Below, piece after piece: positions 20,131 to 30,683 of a stretch of 64,000 nt of DNA (positions within the stretch are counted from its first letter, which is position 1; each line of letters opens with the position of its first letter). A program made the position numbers and the translations under genes. The notes beneath the pieces were generated by a model, which made no database searches, was not told the DNA's origin, and saw only the letters and a program-made list of their open reading frames with translations. The stretch spans positions 32,001 through 96,000 of the forward strand of contig CALKGR010000003.1 of NCBI GenBank assembly GCA_938085445.1, written 5' to 3'. This DNA comes from an uncultured Rubripirellula sp. GTDB lineage: Bacteria > Planctomycetota > Planctomycetia > Pirellulales > Pirellulaceae.

Positions 20131-21485
20131 ATCGTGCCCAACCCGCATTCCCTCCGGAACAAATCGCGTCAGTTCTCGGTCAGATACACTGCCCAGGTTC
20201 ACTCAATGAATTCTCTGCAGCCATGGCAAAGCCATGGCGCAATGTGATCCGGCACCGTCGTGAAATCGATCCTGTAAACCTCCCTGTTCCCAGCTCTCCA
20301 ATAGCTTGGTACGGACTGGGACGACGGCCTGCCGAAGATGCCGGTTCACCTGCCCGTAGCGTAGCGTACGCATGTGGAGACTTTTTTATACAGGATGCTG
20401 GCTCGCTCCTGGCCTTAGCTGTGGCTGGAGCCGACGGAGATGGACTGCGTGGAAAAGTCGTGTGCGATCTATGTGCAGCCCCCGGTGGCAAAGCCTCCGC
20501 CCTGCTGGAAGCAGTCTCTAGCAATGACGTCGACTCTCGTGGATTTGTGCTTGCCAATGAAGTTATCGGCAATCGGATTGCTCCCTTACAACTCAACTTG
20601 GCTCGCGCGGGTTCCGATCGTTTTGCCATCTCCAGTCTCGACCCTGAAAAGCTGGCGGACCAATTACCCCACGCATTTGACCTGCTATTGGTAGATGCTC
20701 CCTGCAGCGGCCAAGCCATGATGTCACGGGGAAAACAAAACCAATCGGCTCTGTCGACTCACCAAATCAGCCACAGTGCTTCTCGCCAGCAACGCATCCT
20801 TGAAGCTGCTGTCAAATTGGTGCGTGATGGCGGACAACTGATCTACAGCACCTGCACCTTTGCTGAAGCAGAAAATGAGGCTCAAATAAGGTTGCTCATT
20901 GAACAAGGCGTAGCCACGCCGCGACCAATTGCCGGACTGCAAGAACATGAAACTGATGCCGGTTGCTATCGCTGTTGGCCCCATGTCCATCAATGTGCGG
21001 GCAGCTTTGCAGCCTCCCTCACGATCCAACACTCTCACCACACAGAAGCGCGAAAACCGAAAAAGCGAAAGAAGGTGATTCGAACACCGATCGCACTGAC
21101 AGACTGGTACACAGGAACTCAATCTGAATCGCGTCTTCACACCAAAAATTCGGTCATTCTTGGATTTTCACCTTCCGCCCCCGAGTGGGTAGAACAGCTT
21201 GCCATCGGTGGCCCGGAAGTCGCCCACCGCGCAGGGCAAACGTGGAAACCTGCTCACGCCGGTGCACTAAGACGCAATGCATCACTCATGCCGATCAACA
21301 AAATCGAGATTCATCAAAAAGCATGCCAACAATTCATGCGCGGTGAACCGATTGAATCCGACGCGGCAGGATGGAATGCCATTCAATTCCACGGAAGACC
21401 CTTGGGCTGGGTCAAGGCCAACGGCAAGATAGGAAAAAATCATTTACCACCAGGAGCACGCATGTCTGGTGAATTGACAACGTGA
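20127..21485 (+). CDS. RsmF/RsmB (NOL1/NOP2/Sun) RNA m5C methyltransferase
   Basis: DLCAAPGGK, LVDAPCSG and YSTCT motifs; C-terminal GWVK..KNHLP as in RsmF-like proteins. Confidence 0.85.
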   Translation: MNRAQPAFPPEQIASVLGQIHCPGSLNEFSAAMAKPWRNVIRHRREIDPVNLPVPSSPIAWYGLGRRPAEDAGSPARSVAYACGDFFIQDAGSLLALAVAGADGDGLRGKVVCDLCAAPGGKASALLEAVSSNDVDSRGFVLANEVIGNRIAPLQLNLARAGSDRFAISSLDPEKLADQLPHAFDLLLVDAPCSGQAMMSRGKQNQSALSTHQISHSASRQQRILEAAVKLVRDGGQLIYSTCTFAEAENEAQIRLLIEQGVATPRPIAGLQEHETDAGCYRCWPHVHQCAGSFAASLTIQHSHHTEARKPKKRKKVIRTPIALTDWYTGTQSESRLHTKNSVILGFSPSAPEWVEQLAIGGPEVAHRAGQTWKPAHAGALRRNASLMPINKIEIHQKACQQFMRGEPIESDAAGWNAIQFHGRPLGWVKANGKIGKNHLPPGARMSGELTT

Positions 21486-22753
21486 TTCCCGTATTTTCAC
21501 ACTCCTGTGCAAAACGGCTGCCATTTTTCTACGGCTATGTCATGATCCCCGTAGCAATGCTGCTGCAGATCGCGACCAGCCCTGGCCAGACTTTTGCGGT
21601 CAGTGCGTTCACGCCCTATCTACGTGAATCGCTGGAACTCAGCGATAGCCAACTATCGCTGGCCTACATGCTAGGTACGCTACTTGCTGCACTTCCCCTC
21701 ATGTTGGTAGGCCCACTTTCTGATCGATACGGGTTGCAAGGCATCAGCTTGATTGCGATCGGAATGCTAGCTGCTGCATGTTACTTCGCTGCGAAAGTAA
21801 CTAACTTTTATTCTCTTTTGGCAGCGTTTTTCTTACTTCGTTTTCTAGGTCAGGGATCACTCTCGCTTCTCAGTGGTAACACAATTTCGATGTGGTTTCG
21901 CAATCGCATTGGAAGAGTATCCGCGGCTATCAGTATTGGTACAGCGATTGCTTTTGCGTGGATTCCTGAGTGGTTGCATGGTTCGATTCTCACAATTGGG
22001 TGGCGAGAAACCTATGAGTGGTTGGCAATCATCATCTCGGCAAGCATGCTGCCCATCGTCTTCTTTCTGTTTTGCAATCGACCCGAAGATATCGGGCAGA
22101 CGGTTGATGGAAATGCTGAAACCATCCCTGATCTTTCGTCTGATGGATGGGATGCCTCAGCTTCATGCTTAACCTTACGACAAGCCATTCGATGTCGTGC
22201 TTTCTCAATCCTCGCGGCCAGCAACACGATCTGGGCAATGGCTGGAACAGGAATCGTTTTTTATCTATTCACTCTCTGTAACGATCTGGGATTTGAACCA
22301 ACAGTACCTGCCAATCTTTTTAAGACCTTTGGATTGATGATGCTATTAACCCAACTGCTTGGCGGCGTGCTGGCAGACTTCCTGCCACTGAATCGTCTGC
22401 TAACCACCGGAACAATCATGCTCAGTGCAGGCTTGGCGACAGTTTCCTTCGGACAAACCGAACTCGCGTTGCACGCATTCGTCGGCTTATTTGGAGCAGG
22501 ACAGGGCTTATTGCTAGCTGTGGGTAACGTCATTTGGGTACGGTATTTCGGACGAACTCATCTGGGTGCAATTCGTGGCACCGCATGGTGCTGTATGGTA
22601 GCTGGCAGTGGTTGTGGACCCTTGCTGATGGGCGTTGCCCGCGATATCCAAGGCAACTTTGACCCCGCTCTCTATCTCTTTCTGAGTTTGATGGTCTTGC
22701 TTTCGCTGTTTGCTATCTTTGCAACACCGCCGCCCACTGCGGACAGGCACTAA
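21482..22753 (+). CDS. MFS transporter
   Basis: About 12 TM helices, GPLSDRYG motif A and RYFGRTHLGAIRG; GTGA overlap with the upstream gene. Confidence 0.88.
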   Translation: MIPVFSHSCAKRLPFFYGYVMIPVAMLLQIATSPGQTFAVSAFTPYLRESLELSDSQLSLAYMLGTLLAALPLMLVGPLSDRYGLQGISLIAIGMLAAACYFAAKVTNFYSLLAAFFLLRFLGQGSLSLLSGNTISMWFRNRIGRVSAAISIGTAIAFAWIPEWLHGSILTIGWRETYEWLAIIISASMLPIVFFLFCNRPEDIGQTVDGNAETIPDLSSDGWDASASCLTLRQAIRCRAFSILAASNTIWAMAGTGIVFYLFTLCNDLGFEPTVPANLFKTFGLMMLLTQLLGGVLADFLPLNRLLTTGTIMLSAGLATVSFGQTELALHAFVGLFGAGQGLLLAVGNVIWVRYFGRTHLGAIRGTAWCCMVAGSGCGPLLMGVARDIQGNFDPALYLFLSLMVLLSLFAIFATPPPTADRH

Positions 22754-23016
22754 GATTCCTCTTCGTGAATCCATGTGTTTGATTCTCACGCAGCTAATAA
22801 GGGAAGTCCAAAACTGGCTTGTCTAAACTTTTTTTCGATTGCTGTTCGTTAAGAGCCTGCATTGTCGCCACTACGGGTGGCCGGCTAAATCAACGTAAAA
22901 CTGTCATTTAGGCCACCTTTTCTTCCAACAGATGAATTGTGATGCCAAACACAAAGAACTCATCTCGATCACAGATGCATTTCATCCCCCCAAGCAGCGG
23001 TCCACTGCGACACGCA

Positions 23017-23604
23017 ATGGTCTCTCCAACCATGGCTGTGCTGCCTTGCATCGTGGCCTTGGTCTTGAACGTGGTAACAGGCTGTTCCAAGAAAGAAATG
23101 AGTCAAGCTCTCGAAACTGCCAAATCAAAAACCAGAGCATTTACCAACTCCGCGGTCGAAGCGGTCGAGGAGACACGACCCGAGTCAGGTGAGGTCACCC
23201 TTAACCTCGCACCCAATCGGATTACCATCTCAAACGCCGAACTCGATTTGATCTCAATCGGTGATGGCCGACCAAATGTTGTCCAGATCACCACCTATGA
23301 TCCTGATGCCTCTTCTCGGTCTTATCCAAGATTTTTGCTGCATGGCATCACCAACATATCCACAGCGTCAAACCTGGCAGGAGAGAAGGTTCAGTGCGAC
23401 GTTTATTATCAAGAGAGTGAAACGTCACCCACGGCTATGACACAACCAGGAGAGGCAATGACTGTCACTTTTCAACGAAACAATTCAACGGCCAAAGTCT
23501 TGACAGCCACTTTGGCAATGATTTCGTTACGCGGATCTGATGACAGCGTCATTCACATCGAAGGTGGTAATGTACTGGCCGTAATTCGCAAGGAAACAAA
23601 ATGA
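23017..23604 (+). CDS. Putative lipoprotein of unknown function
   Basis: Hydrophobic stretch ending in VTG-C (lipobox-like); start uncertain. Confidence 0.55.
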   Translation: MVSPTMAVLPCIVALVLNVVTGCSKKEMSQALETAKSKTRAFTNSAVEAVEETRPESGEVTLNLAPNRITISNAELDLISIGDGRPNVVQITTYDPDASSRSYPRFLLHGITNISTASNLAGEKVQCDVYYQESETSPTAMTQPGEAMTVTFQRNNSTAKVLTATLAMISLRGSDDSVIHIEGGNVLAVIRKETK

Positions 23605-23605
23605 G

Positions 23606-25486
23606 ATGTTCAATTCCATTCAATCCATCATGAGCATCAAACTGCCACGACTGATCATTTTCGGGGTGTGCACTGCATTGCTGTTTCCGGGCAGCAACAC
23701 CCCTTCGATCGGTAATCCGACAGGCACGGATCGATCTCTACCATTAAAAACTCATGCGACGATTGATGGTGCGAAGGCTTTGGCAAATGAAGTACATCAA
23801 ACATATTTAGAAGAACTCGAGGTTGTGAAACGGATGTTTGCAAAGCGAGATGATCCGGCGAGTTTTTCGAACCGACAAATCTCAAAATCAGCCGCCCGAC
23901 TTTGGAAAGCTCGTCGGGATGCAAAACACCTCGAATTAATGTTTGAACCAATCGGCGGTGACCTCAGCCGAAAGCTTTTGTTACTCGCTGTACAAATTGA
24001 CCAGTTTGGCTTGTCATACTCCCGAACTCCACACGGAAGCCAAATGATGATCAACCTGATTACAAAGCTACGACATGAATCACCACAATTCCAGATCTTT
24101 CTTCAACAAGCAAAAGCCAGCCTGCAAAACAAAAGCAATCCAGAAATCCTCATAAAACAAATGGAAGCCAAAGGCATGCTGATGCGTGAATCCCTGGTTT
24201 TTTTTCGACCAGTGGAACACAAAAAATACCTCTTCAATTTTGAGTCCCTGCTCGGCACCGTAGATTTGAAATACAACAAACTGCGACGAGCGCGGTATCG
24301 CAAGCAAGCGAATAAAAAAATTGAAAGTGAAGTTGCCAGTGCTGCTGCTACTACCGAACGAATGAAACGTATTCGTCAGGAACTGCAACAGACAGGATCT
24401 GCAACTCTTGACGGCAATGTACAAGGCGATGGCACACAAGCCTTCGCACAAGTGTGCGATCTCTGGTCTCAGGCTTCAGCAAATTTAACCCGCGCCAATG
24501 CGATTGAGTGGATGGTCACTGACCAAACAGGTAATGCAAAAACATTCGAAATCGCCAGTTTAAGGAAAGAAACTTTGACCACACTGCCAGCCATCATCAA
24601 CTCAATGGCTGAAAAAACTCCCATAGACCAAATCGCGACGGCATACACCAATTTACTTCGTCAAATCAGTCAATTAGATCGTCGAACGACAGATCAGCAC
24701 CAAGTTTCCGAGGCATGTATGAATGCCTTGAAGGAATTAACCAAAAGAAGTCCGCACCTCGCCAAACACATCGCCGCCTATACTCGGGCAACCACTGAAC
24801 CGCTGAGGTGGAGGAAGCGATTTGCAAATGAACAGGCAGGTTATCTATCCAGCCAACAAGCCTCCGCCGAGGCACTGTTCAATTCCAAGGCACCTGCCGA
24901 CACCAACGATCGACCCAATTTCGCACAGCGGCGTGGCGGTGACACACTAATGGTTTCAAAAACATTCAATGAACCTTCGGACTGGATGATCGCTGAAACC
25001 GCCAAACGACTTGTGGGGCAATCCATCAAAGAAAATCGCCTGTTTCGGCTTGGACCAAAAAGCCGGACAGGTGTGATTCCCTTCGTGAATGGCCACTACG
25101 CAAATGTCGCCTTGGCACTCACACCTGAAAAGGAAATCGCTGATCTGAAAATCGCCTTGCTGATTGATGATAAGCACGATGCTCTTTCATTGGCAGGCAT
25201 GGACGCAATTTCATCCGCCGAGATGCAAGATTATGTTGCGATTGGGGGAACCATCCATGAGATCCATCTTGAAGCGTTACTGACTCGTTTCGTGGTGTTT
25301 CCCGATGCTGCTATCGCACTGGTGCCGTTAGGAGGTCTACCACAAGGTGCCGCAAATCTCGGTCCGCTGGAGCAGACTTGCTGGCGTCTGGACATCATTC
25401 CCCAATGGGCACATCACCGTTATTTTACGGTTCGCTCAACCGCTTCAAAGCCACCGGTGAGAAAAACTGCACAGACTTTCGACTGA
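23606..25486 (+). CDS. Exported hypothetical protein
   Basis: 626-aa ORF with an N-terminal hydrophobic segment, starting 1 nt after the lipoprotein stop; no family recognised. Confidence 0.6.
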   Translation: MFNSIQSIMSIKLPRLIIFGVCTALLFPGSNTPSIGNPTGTDRSLPLKTHATIDGAKALANEVHQTYLEELEVVKRMFAKRDDPASFSNRQISKSAARLWKARRDAKHLELMFEPIGGDLSRKLLLLAVQIDQFGLSYSRTPHGSQMMINLITKLRHESPQFQIFLQQAKASLQNKSNPEILIKQMEAKGMLMRESLVFFRPVEHKKYLFNFESLLGTVDLKYNKLRRARYRKQANKKIESEVASAAATTERMKRIRQELQQTGSATLDGNVQGDGTQAFAQVCDLWSQASANLTRANAIEWMVTDQTGNAKTFEIASLRKETLTTLPAIINSMAEKTPIDQIATAYTNLLRQISQLDRRTTDQHQVSEACMNALKELTKRSPHLAKHIAAYTRATTEPLRWRKRFANEQAGYLSSQQASAEALFNSKAPADTNDRPNFAQRRGGDTLMVSKTFNEPSDWMIAETAKRLVGQSIKENRLFRLGPKSRTGVIPFVNGHYANVALALTPEKEIADLKIALLIDDKHDALSLAGMDAISSAEMQDYVAIGGTIHEIHLEALLTRFVVFPDAAIALVPLGGLPQGAANLGPLEQTCWRLDIIPQWAHHRYFTVRSTASKPPVRKTAQTFD

Positions 25487-25490
25487 GGCC

Positions 25491-26972
25491 TCAGCGAGAA
25501 TGATCGCCTGAACTATCTTCTGTGTAATTCCTTACTGCCGAGTGTGAGTCACTGGCCGAATCATACTCCATACGACGCGAACCAGCACGACGCGCCTCTT
25601 CTCTCCACTCATCACCCGCAGCTTTCCCCATTGCGTTGACAAGAACTTGCTTCAGTGAAGAGCCACCAGCGTCTTCTTCCGACTCATGATCACCCCAACG
25701 TTGGGCACGTCGAATCTTTTGCCATAGCTTACGTGCATCCTCTGCATCCTCGGTGTAAGAAATCTCTTCATCAATGCTGAGTTTATCCAGAAAATGAGAT
25801 CGCACTGAATCAAAGTGGGCTGCACGAAAACGCTGAATCACGCGTCCCAATTCCTCAATGACATCCTGTTTCTGCTTTTGCAAGTTACGACGATCACGAG
25901 TTGCCTCTTTCAAGTCTCCTCGATCCGACTCAACACCTGACAAACGTGCCACAATCTGATCATCGGTCAAATCATTCTTTGTTGCTTCGGCGCGTTTCTT
26001 CAAATCACTTGACTTGAATCCAGCAAGTGTTTGCCTGAACAACTCAATTGCCTGTCGGTAGTGAGATCCTCGCGGGTCAGAGAGATCACGAATGCGATCC
26101 TCGATTTCATTCACTGATTCAGAAATGAAATTCGCTGTTTGTAGACTTTGCTGTCTAGCCTTGGTGAATCGCTCAGTGAGGCTTATTTTTTCCGGGAGTC
26201 CCAAGTCATTTGCAACGCGATCGCGTTTACGCTCCAATTCGTCCATGACAATATTCAATGAGCGGCGATCTTCCGCGATAATCTTTCTCATTTGATCTGG
26301 TGTCTGTCTCAGAAAATCGTAACCCTGCCTTGCCTTTGTGAAGTCGATGTAGCGAGCTAGCCAACGATCAACGCGACGAGTCAGTCCCCGACTTCGATAT
26401 CTTTTTTCTCCATAGCCACGCTCATACAAATATTGAAACAGCGTACTGGCTTGATAGGAGGGAAGCTTTCTCGCAGCATCTTGATCAATTTCGTGTAGGT
26501 TTGATTCAGCTCTCTCAAGTGCTACTTCAGCGATAGCTGCTCGATCTGCCAACTCCACAAACTGGGGCTCTTCCTGCAAGCGCTCCTCAACGACTGCTGA
26601 AACTTCGTTCTGTTCCTGAATTGCCACATCCAATACATTGGTTGCTTCCACAAGAGCCTTTTCAGTCGCGGTTCGATTTTCCTGCAACTGCTTCAGCTCT
26701 TGTTTTAAAGACCGATCCTCATCATCTTTTTGCAATAGAAGCGTTGAGATCTCTGATTGAACTTCGCGCCATGTTGAAGCGATCGCATCAGCCGTCAATT
26801 CAGGAAGATAATGTTCCGCAAGACTGCGTAATGCATCATCACGTTCTGCATCAAGTTGCTCATACTCTTTTTGCACATCGTGCATCCCCTGCCGATCTTG
26901 CTCCAATTGCTCGGTCAAGCGTTTGTATGCATCCATCAATTGTTGATGCACGGTAGGACCAGGAATCGTCAT
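25491..26972 (-). CDS. Conserved coiled-coil hypothetical protein
   Basis: 493 aa, charged and helical, with an aromatic-rich block YQASTLFQYLYERGYG...DRWLARYIDF. Confidence 0.75.
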   Translation of the reverse strand: MTIPGPTVHQQLMDAYKRLTEQLEQDRQGMHDVQKEYEQLDAERDDALRSLAEHYLPELTADAIASTWREVQSEISTLLLQKDDEDRSLKQELKQLQENRTATEKALVEATNVLDVAIQEQNEVSAVVEERLQEEPQFVELADRAAIAEVALERAESNLHEIDQDAARKLPSYQASTLFQYLYERGYGEKRYRSRGLTRRVDRWLARYIDFTKARQGYDFLRQTPDQMRKIIAEDRRSLNIVMDELERKRDRVANDLGLPEKISLTERFTKARQQSLQTANFISESVNEIEDRIRDLSDPRGSHYRQAIELFRQTLAGFKSSDLKKRAEATKNDLTDDQIVARLSGVESDRGDLKEATRDRRNLQKQKQDVIEELGRVIQRFRAAHFDSVRSHFLDKLSIDEEISYTEDAEDARKLWQKIRRAQRWGDHESEEDAGGSSLKQVLVNAMGKAAGDEWREEARRAGSRRMEYDSASDSHSAVRNYTEDSSGDHSR

Positions 26973-26999
26973 CTCGCGAGCAACCTTGAATTTGAAATA

Positions 27000-27416
27000 T
27001 CAGGAAAACATAAACCAAAGTCCACCGAGGACAGTGGTGAGAGTTACGGCTGCAAGAGTCAAACGACCGCGCCAAACCCAGCAATGAGCCACGAAAGATT
27101 TCAGGCCAGGCTGAGGGTCCTGGTAGGTATGGGCAGATTCAAAAAACTGCTCAATGGCCAGCTCAATTTCTGCTTCTGTGACATTGTCACCGGACATGTG
27201 GGCCGTACGAACCAACTTGTCACGTAATTGGGTCCTCAGATCATCGCGGCGAAACATTTCTTCAGCTGTTTCCCGCTGATCCCGCATTTCCCGAGCCACA
27301 TCCATGACACGGAGAGTCTCCTGAAGCGATAGACTTTCCTCGGGTAACGAACTCGATCTTCTATGAGCTCGAACTGCTGATCGATAGGGCGTCTGGGCCT
27401 GAGACTGGTTAGCCAT
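27000..27416 (-). CDS. DUF6384-like membrane-anchored protein (short form)
   Basis: VMDVAREMR...LRDKL...GDNVTEAEIELAI...TYQDP...WVWRGR followed by a C-terminal TM helix; family recognised from memory. Confidence 0.6.
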   Translation of the reverse strand: MANQSQAQTPYRSAVRAHRRSSSLPEESLSLQETLRVMDVAREMRDQRETAEEMFRRDDLRTQLRDKLVRTAHMSGDNVTEAEIELAIEQFFESAHTYQDPQPGLKSFVAHCWVWRGRLTLAAVTLTTVLGGLWFMFS

Positions 27417-27469
27417 GATCTTCGCGGAGCGGGGTGGGAGTGTCCTGACCGATATGTAGTCTATTCAAT

Positions 27470-27485
27470 CGGCACGTTTTCCGCA
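27470..27485 (+). promoter_or_regulatory. Possible sigma-54 promoter
   Basis: CGGCACGTTTTCCGCA: GG-N10-GC with a consensus GGCACG -24 element but a non-consensus CC before the -12 GC. Confidence 0.3.
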
Positions 27486-27642
27486 TTCGGGGAGCGTGAA
27501 AACTGGCGGTGGGCCGGAAATCACGTTTCCCCCCTGAGTAACTGATTGCAGCCACGGGGTCTACGCGCTACGCTAATAACGGTTGGGAAGGATCGGAAAC
27601 GCCGTTTCTCCAACAACTTATTTACCAGGAGAATTTGCCGTC

Positions 27643-28872
27643 ATGTCAGATCAAGCACAGCAACCTGCCCCCGAGCCCAGTGCATCCAGCAGACAGGCTC
27701 AGGAATCGACGTCCATGCGCAAATACCTCGGTCGAGCTGTTAATGTGCTCAAAGACTTCGGCGTTGACAGTTCAAATACAGCACCACAAGAACTCATCAG
27801 CCTGCTCGAAGATGTCAAACATCTCGATGAGGCCAAAGTCCTCGCCATTGCCGATGTCATTCAGCACATGAGTGCTTTCAACGCTCTCGTCCGCGAAAAC
27901 GTCGAGGGAATCTCGGTCGGTGACCGGTACATGAATATCACACAGATGTTTGATTCGGTCCGTGAAGATAGTAAGCGGCTGATCAATCAACTTGATGATG
28001 GAAAAATCAGCGGCACAGAGAAAGTGTCAAACTGGTGGATGAAGATGCGACGCGGAACACCAAGTGATCGATTCGAAAAGATTGTTGAAGTCTACAGCGA
28101 AGTGGCGAAAGACACGAAAGAACAGCTGAAACGCGAAGAAGCGATCATGGAGGGCTACATCGATTTTCGCTTCGCATTGAAGGAAGCAGAAATCCTGGCC
28201 CGTGACCTCTTTGATGCACAGATGCCGATTCTCGAACAAGCCAAAGTTTCGCTAAGTGAAACCCAGGAGGCACTGGATTCCTACAGCGGTGATGATGAAA
28301 GTGAAAAAAGCAGACTCGAATTAACTCGCGATGAAGCTCGATACAGTTTTGAAAAAGAAGATGCGACCTACCAACTGCTCAAGGACATTGCTGAAAATCT
28401 CGAAGTTGGCTATGACGTCGGTGAAACACTGATCACCAAACTCAAGCAAACCCATGACGTCAAAGAACGGGTGTACCGAAGGTCTGTCACATTCTTCACA
28501 ACCAACGAACACGTCTTCACTATTCTGGGGACAGTCTATACCAGTCAACACGGACTGCACGAAGTCACTCAGGCGACGGAAGCGATGAAGACTGGAGTCA
28601 ACAAAGGACTGGAAGACATCGCTGACCTTGGTAGGGAACTGGAGCGAGCTGCACTAAAAGCAGGATACGGAAGCACTATCAATCCGGATTCGGTACAGAA
28701 ACTCGTCGATGCGATCAGCGGTTTCCAGGTCGAGTCCCTTGAGATGATTGCTGACCTTAGGAAAGAATCCGAAGACAGCGCCAAAGAAATCCGGAAATCC
28801 GTCGAAGAAGGTAAGCAGAAATATCAGGAAACACTCGCTCGACATGCCAGAGGCGAAAACCTGCGACCCTGA
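27643..28872 (+). CDS. All-helical TelA/toxic-anion-resistance-like protein (often auto-annotated 'cell surface protein')
   Basis: SD AGGAG upstream of ATG 27643. Coiled-coil sequence with DDGKIS..EK..NWWMKMRRG..DRFEKI; no signal peptide or TM helix. Confidence 0.65.
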   Translation: MSDQAQQPAPEPSASSRQAQESTSMRKYLGRAVNVLKDFGVDSSNTAPQELISLLEDVKHLDEAKVLAIADVIQHMSAFNALVRENVEGISVGDRYMNITQMFDSVREDSKRLINQLDDGKISGTEKVSNWWMKMRRGTPSDRFEKIVEVYSEVAKDTKEQLKREEAIMEGYIDFRFALKEAEILARDLFDAQMPILEQAKVSLSETQEALDSYSGDDESEKSRLELTRDEARYSFEKEDATYQLLKDIAENLEVGYDVGETLITKLKQTHDVKERVYRRSVTFFTTNEHVFTILGTVYTSQHGLHEVTQATEAMKTGVNKGLEDIADLGRELERAALKAGYGSTINPDSVQKLVDAISGFQVESLEMIADLRKESEDSAKEIRKSVEEGKQKYQETLARHARGENLRP

Positions 28873-29140
28873 TCGCTTCTCGGCTTTGGCCACAAGATGG
28901 TGTGCCGTATCCTGCGAGAAACAAAGCCACCCGCAGCAACCCAAGCCCCATCACGTTGTGATGGTCTGTGCTCCGTGACCAATTTCTCAAAACGGACGTC
29001 TTGGACGCAGTGCAACACAAATACAGCTGACATCTGTACGCGAGCCATAATTGTCTTTCAATCACTGTCTGAATCGTGGTGATTCTACACTTATGCCACC
29101 TGCTCTTTAATTCTTTCTCGGTCAACTTATCGAGGCGGTC

Positions 29141-30601
29141 ATGTCGAAATTTCTGTTGTGCCTGTTGGCCTTTGCCTTCCTAGGTAAATCACGGGTGTCA
29201 CATGTTTTCGCCGCAGAGAAACCAAATGTTCTGTTTCTAATTTGTGATGACTTGAACTGTGATATCAGTTGCTACGGTCACCCCCTGGTCAAAACCCCCA
29301 ACATTGACCGCCTGGCATCCCGCGGTGTCCGATTTCCGCAAGCGTATTGCCAATATCCACTCTGTGGTCCAAGCCGAGCTTCATTCATGACGGGTCTTTA
29401 CGCTGACCAGACACTCATCCACCGTAACGCGATTTACATACGCGAACACATTCCAAATGTGAAAACGCTGTCACAACTGTTTCGGAATGCAGGCTACCGG
29501 TCCGCACGGATAGGGAAAATCTATCATTACAACGTGCCTAAGCAAATCGGCACGGGCGGTCATGACGACCCCTATTCGTGGGATCAAACGATCAATCCGC
29601 GTGGAAGAGACAAAGATGACGAAGATAAAATTTTCAGTCTTAGAAAAGGCAGCTTCGGTGCCACACTGAGTTGGCTTGCTGCTGATGGCACAGATGAACA
29701 ACAAACTGATGGGATTGCTGCATCAGAGGCTATCGAGCTACTGGATAAATATGCGACATCAGACCAAAACTTTTTTCTGGCAGTGGGCTTGTTCCGTCCA
29801 CACACACCATTCGTTGCTCCGAAAAAATATTTTGACATGTACCCTTTAGATGAACTGGATGTGCCCAGCGTTCCGAAAGATTATCTTCAGACACTTCCTG
29901 AACCAGCTCGCAGATCACTGACCAGAAAGAAAGATCAAGTAAACCTTGATCCAAAACTGGGGATCAAGGCTATTCAGGCATACTACGCATCAATCAGCTT
30001 TGCTGACGCGCAATTGGGTCGCATTCTCGATGCTCTCGACGAAACGAACTTGTCGAAAAATACAATCGTGATCTTCACTTCGGATCACGGCTATCACATG
30101 GGCGAACACGGACACTGGCAGAAAACAACACTCTTTGAGAATGCGTCTCGCGTACCTTTGGTCATCGCAGGACCAGGAATCTCAAATGGGCGAAACGCAA
30201 AGTCCATCGCTGAAATGGTTGACTTGTACCCAACCCTGGCAGACCTAGCCGACGTCGCTACACCCCCATTCACATCCGGGATCAGCCTGAAAGACAGCCT
30301 CATAGATCCAAAGATCGTTTCCAGAACATCAGCTCTCACGCAGTACGAAAATGGATACAGCATTCGCACCCACCGATATCGATACACAGAGTGGGGTGAA
30401 CAGGGCAGCGATGGCAAGGAGCTTTACGATCACCAGAGTGATCCCGCAGAAATGCACAATTTGGCTGCACGCAAAGATCAAAGCAAAACAATTTCACAAC
30501 TCGCAGAATTACTCAAGATGCGGGTTCACCACGCACAACAAGCACCCATTGGAATCCGTCAAATCCGCTTTGAAAATACGCGAAAAGTCCCACAGCGGTG
30601 A
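29141..30601 (+). CDS. Formylglycine-dependent sulfatase (S1, iduronate-2-sulfatase-like)
   Basis: Signal peptide, KPNVLFLICDDL, CGPSRASFMTG (CxPxR), GKIYH, RPHTP and SDHGYHMGEH. Confidence 0.93.
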   Translation: MSKFLLCLLAFAFLGKSRVSHVFAAEKPNVLFLICDDLNCDISCYGHPLVKTPNIDRLASRGVRFPQAYCQYPLCGPSRASFMTGLYADQTLIHRNAIYIREHIPNVKTLSQLFRNAGYRSARIGKIYHYNVPKQIGTGGHDDPYSWDQTINPRGRDKDDEDKIFSLRKGSFGATLSWLAADGTDEQQTDGIAASEAIELLDKYATSDQNFFLAVGLFRPHTPFVAPKKYFDMYPLDELDVPSVPKDYLQTLPEPARRSLTRKKDQVNLDPKLGIKAIQAYYASISFADAQLGRILDALDETNLSKNTIVIFTSDHGYHMGEHGHWQKTTLFENASRVPLVIAGPGISNGRNAKSIAEMVDLYPTLADLADVATPPFTSGISLKDSLIDPKIVSRTSALTQYENGYSIRTHRYRYTEWGEQGSDGKELYDHQSDPAEMHNLAARKDQSKTISQLAELLKMRVHHAQQAPIGIRQIRFENTRKVPQR

Positions 30602-30683
30602 AGTAATAGCCAAGGGATCGGTTTTCTGAGACAATCTGTGACCTAGCGGCAGCCATGATTGCACCTCGAAGAAAGGCACTCTG

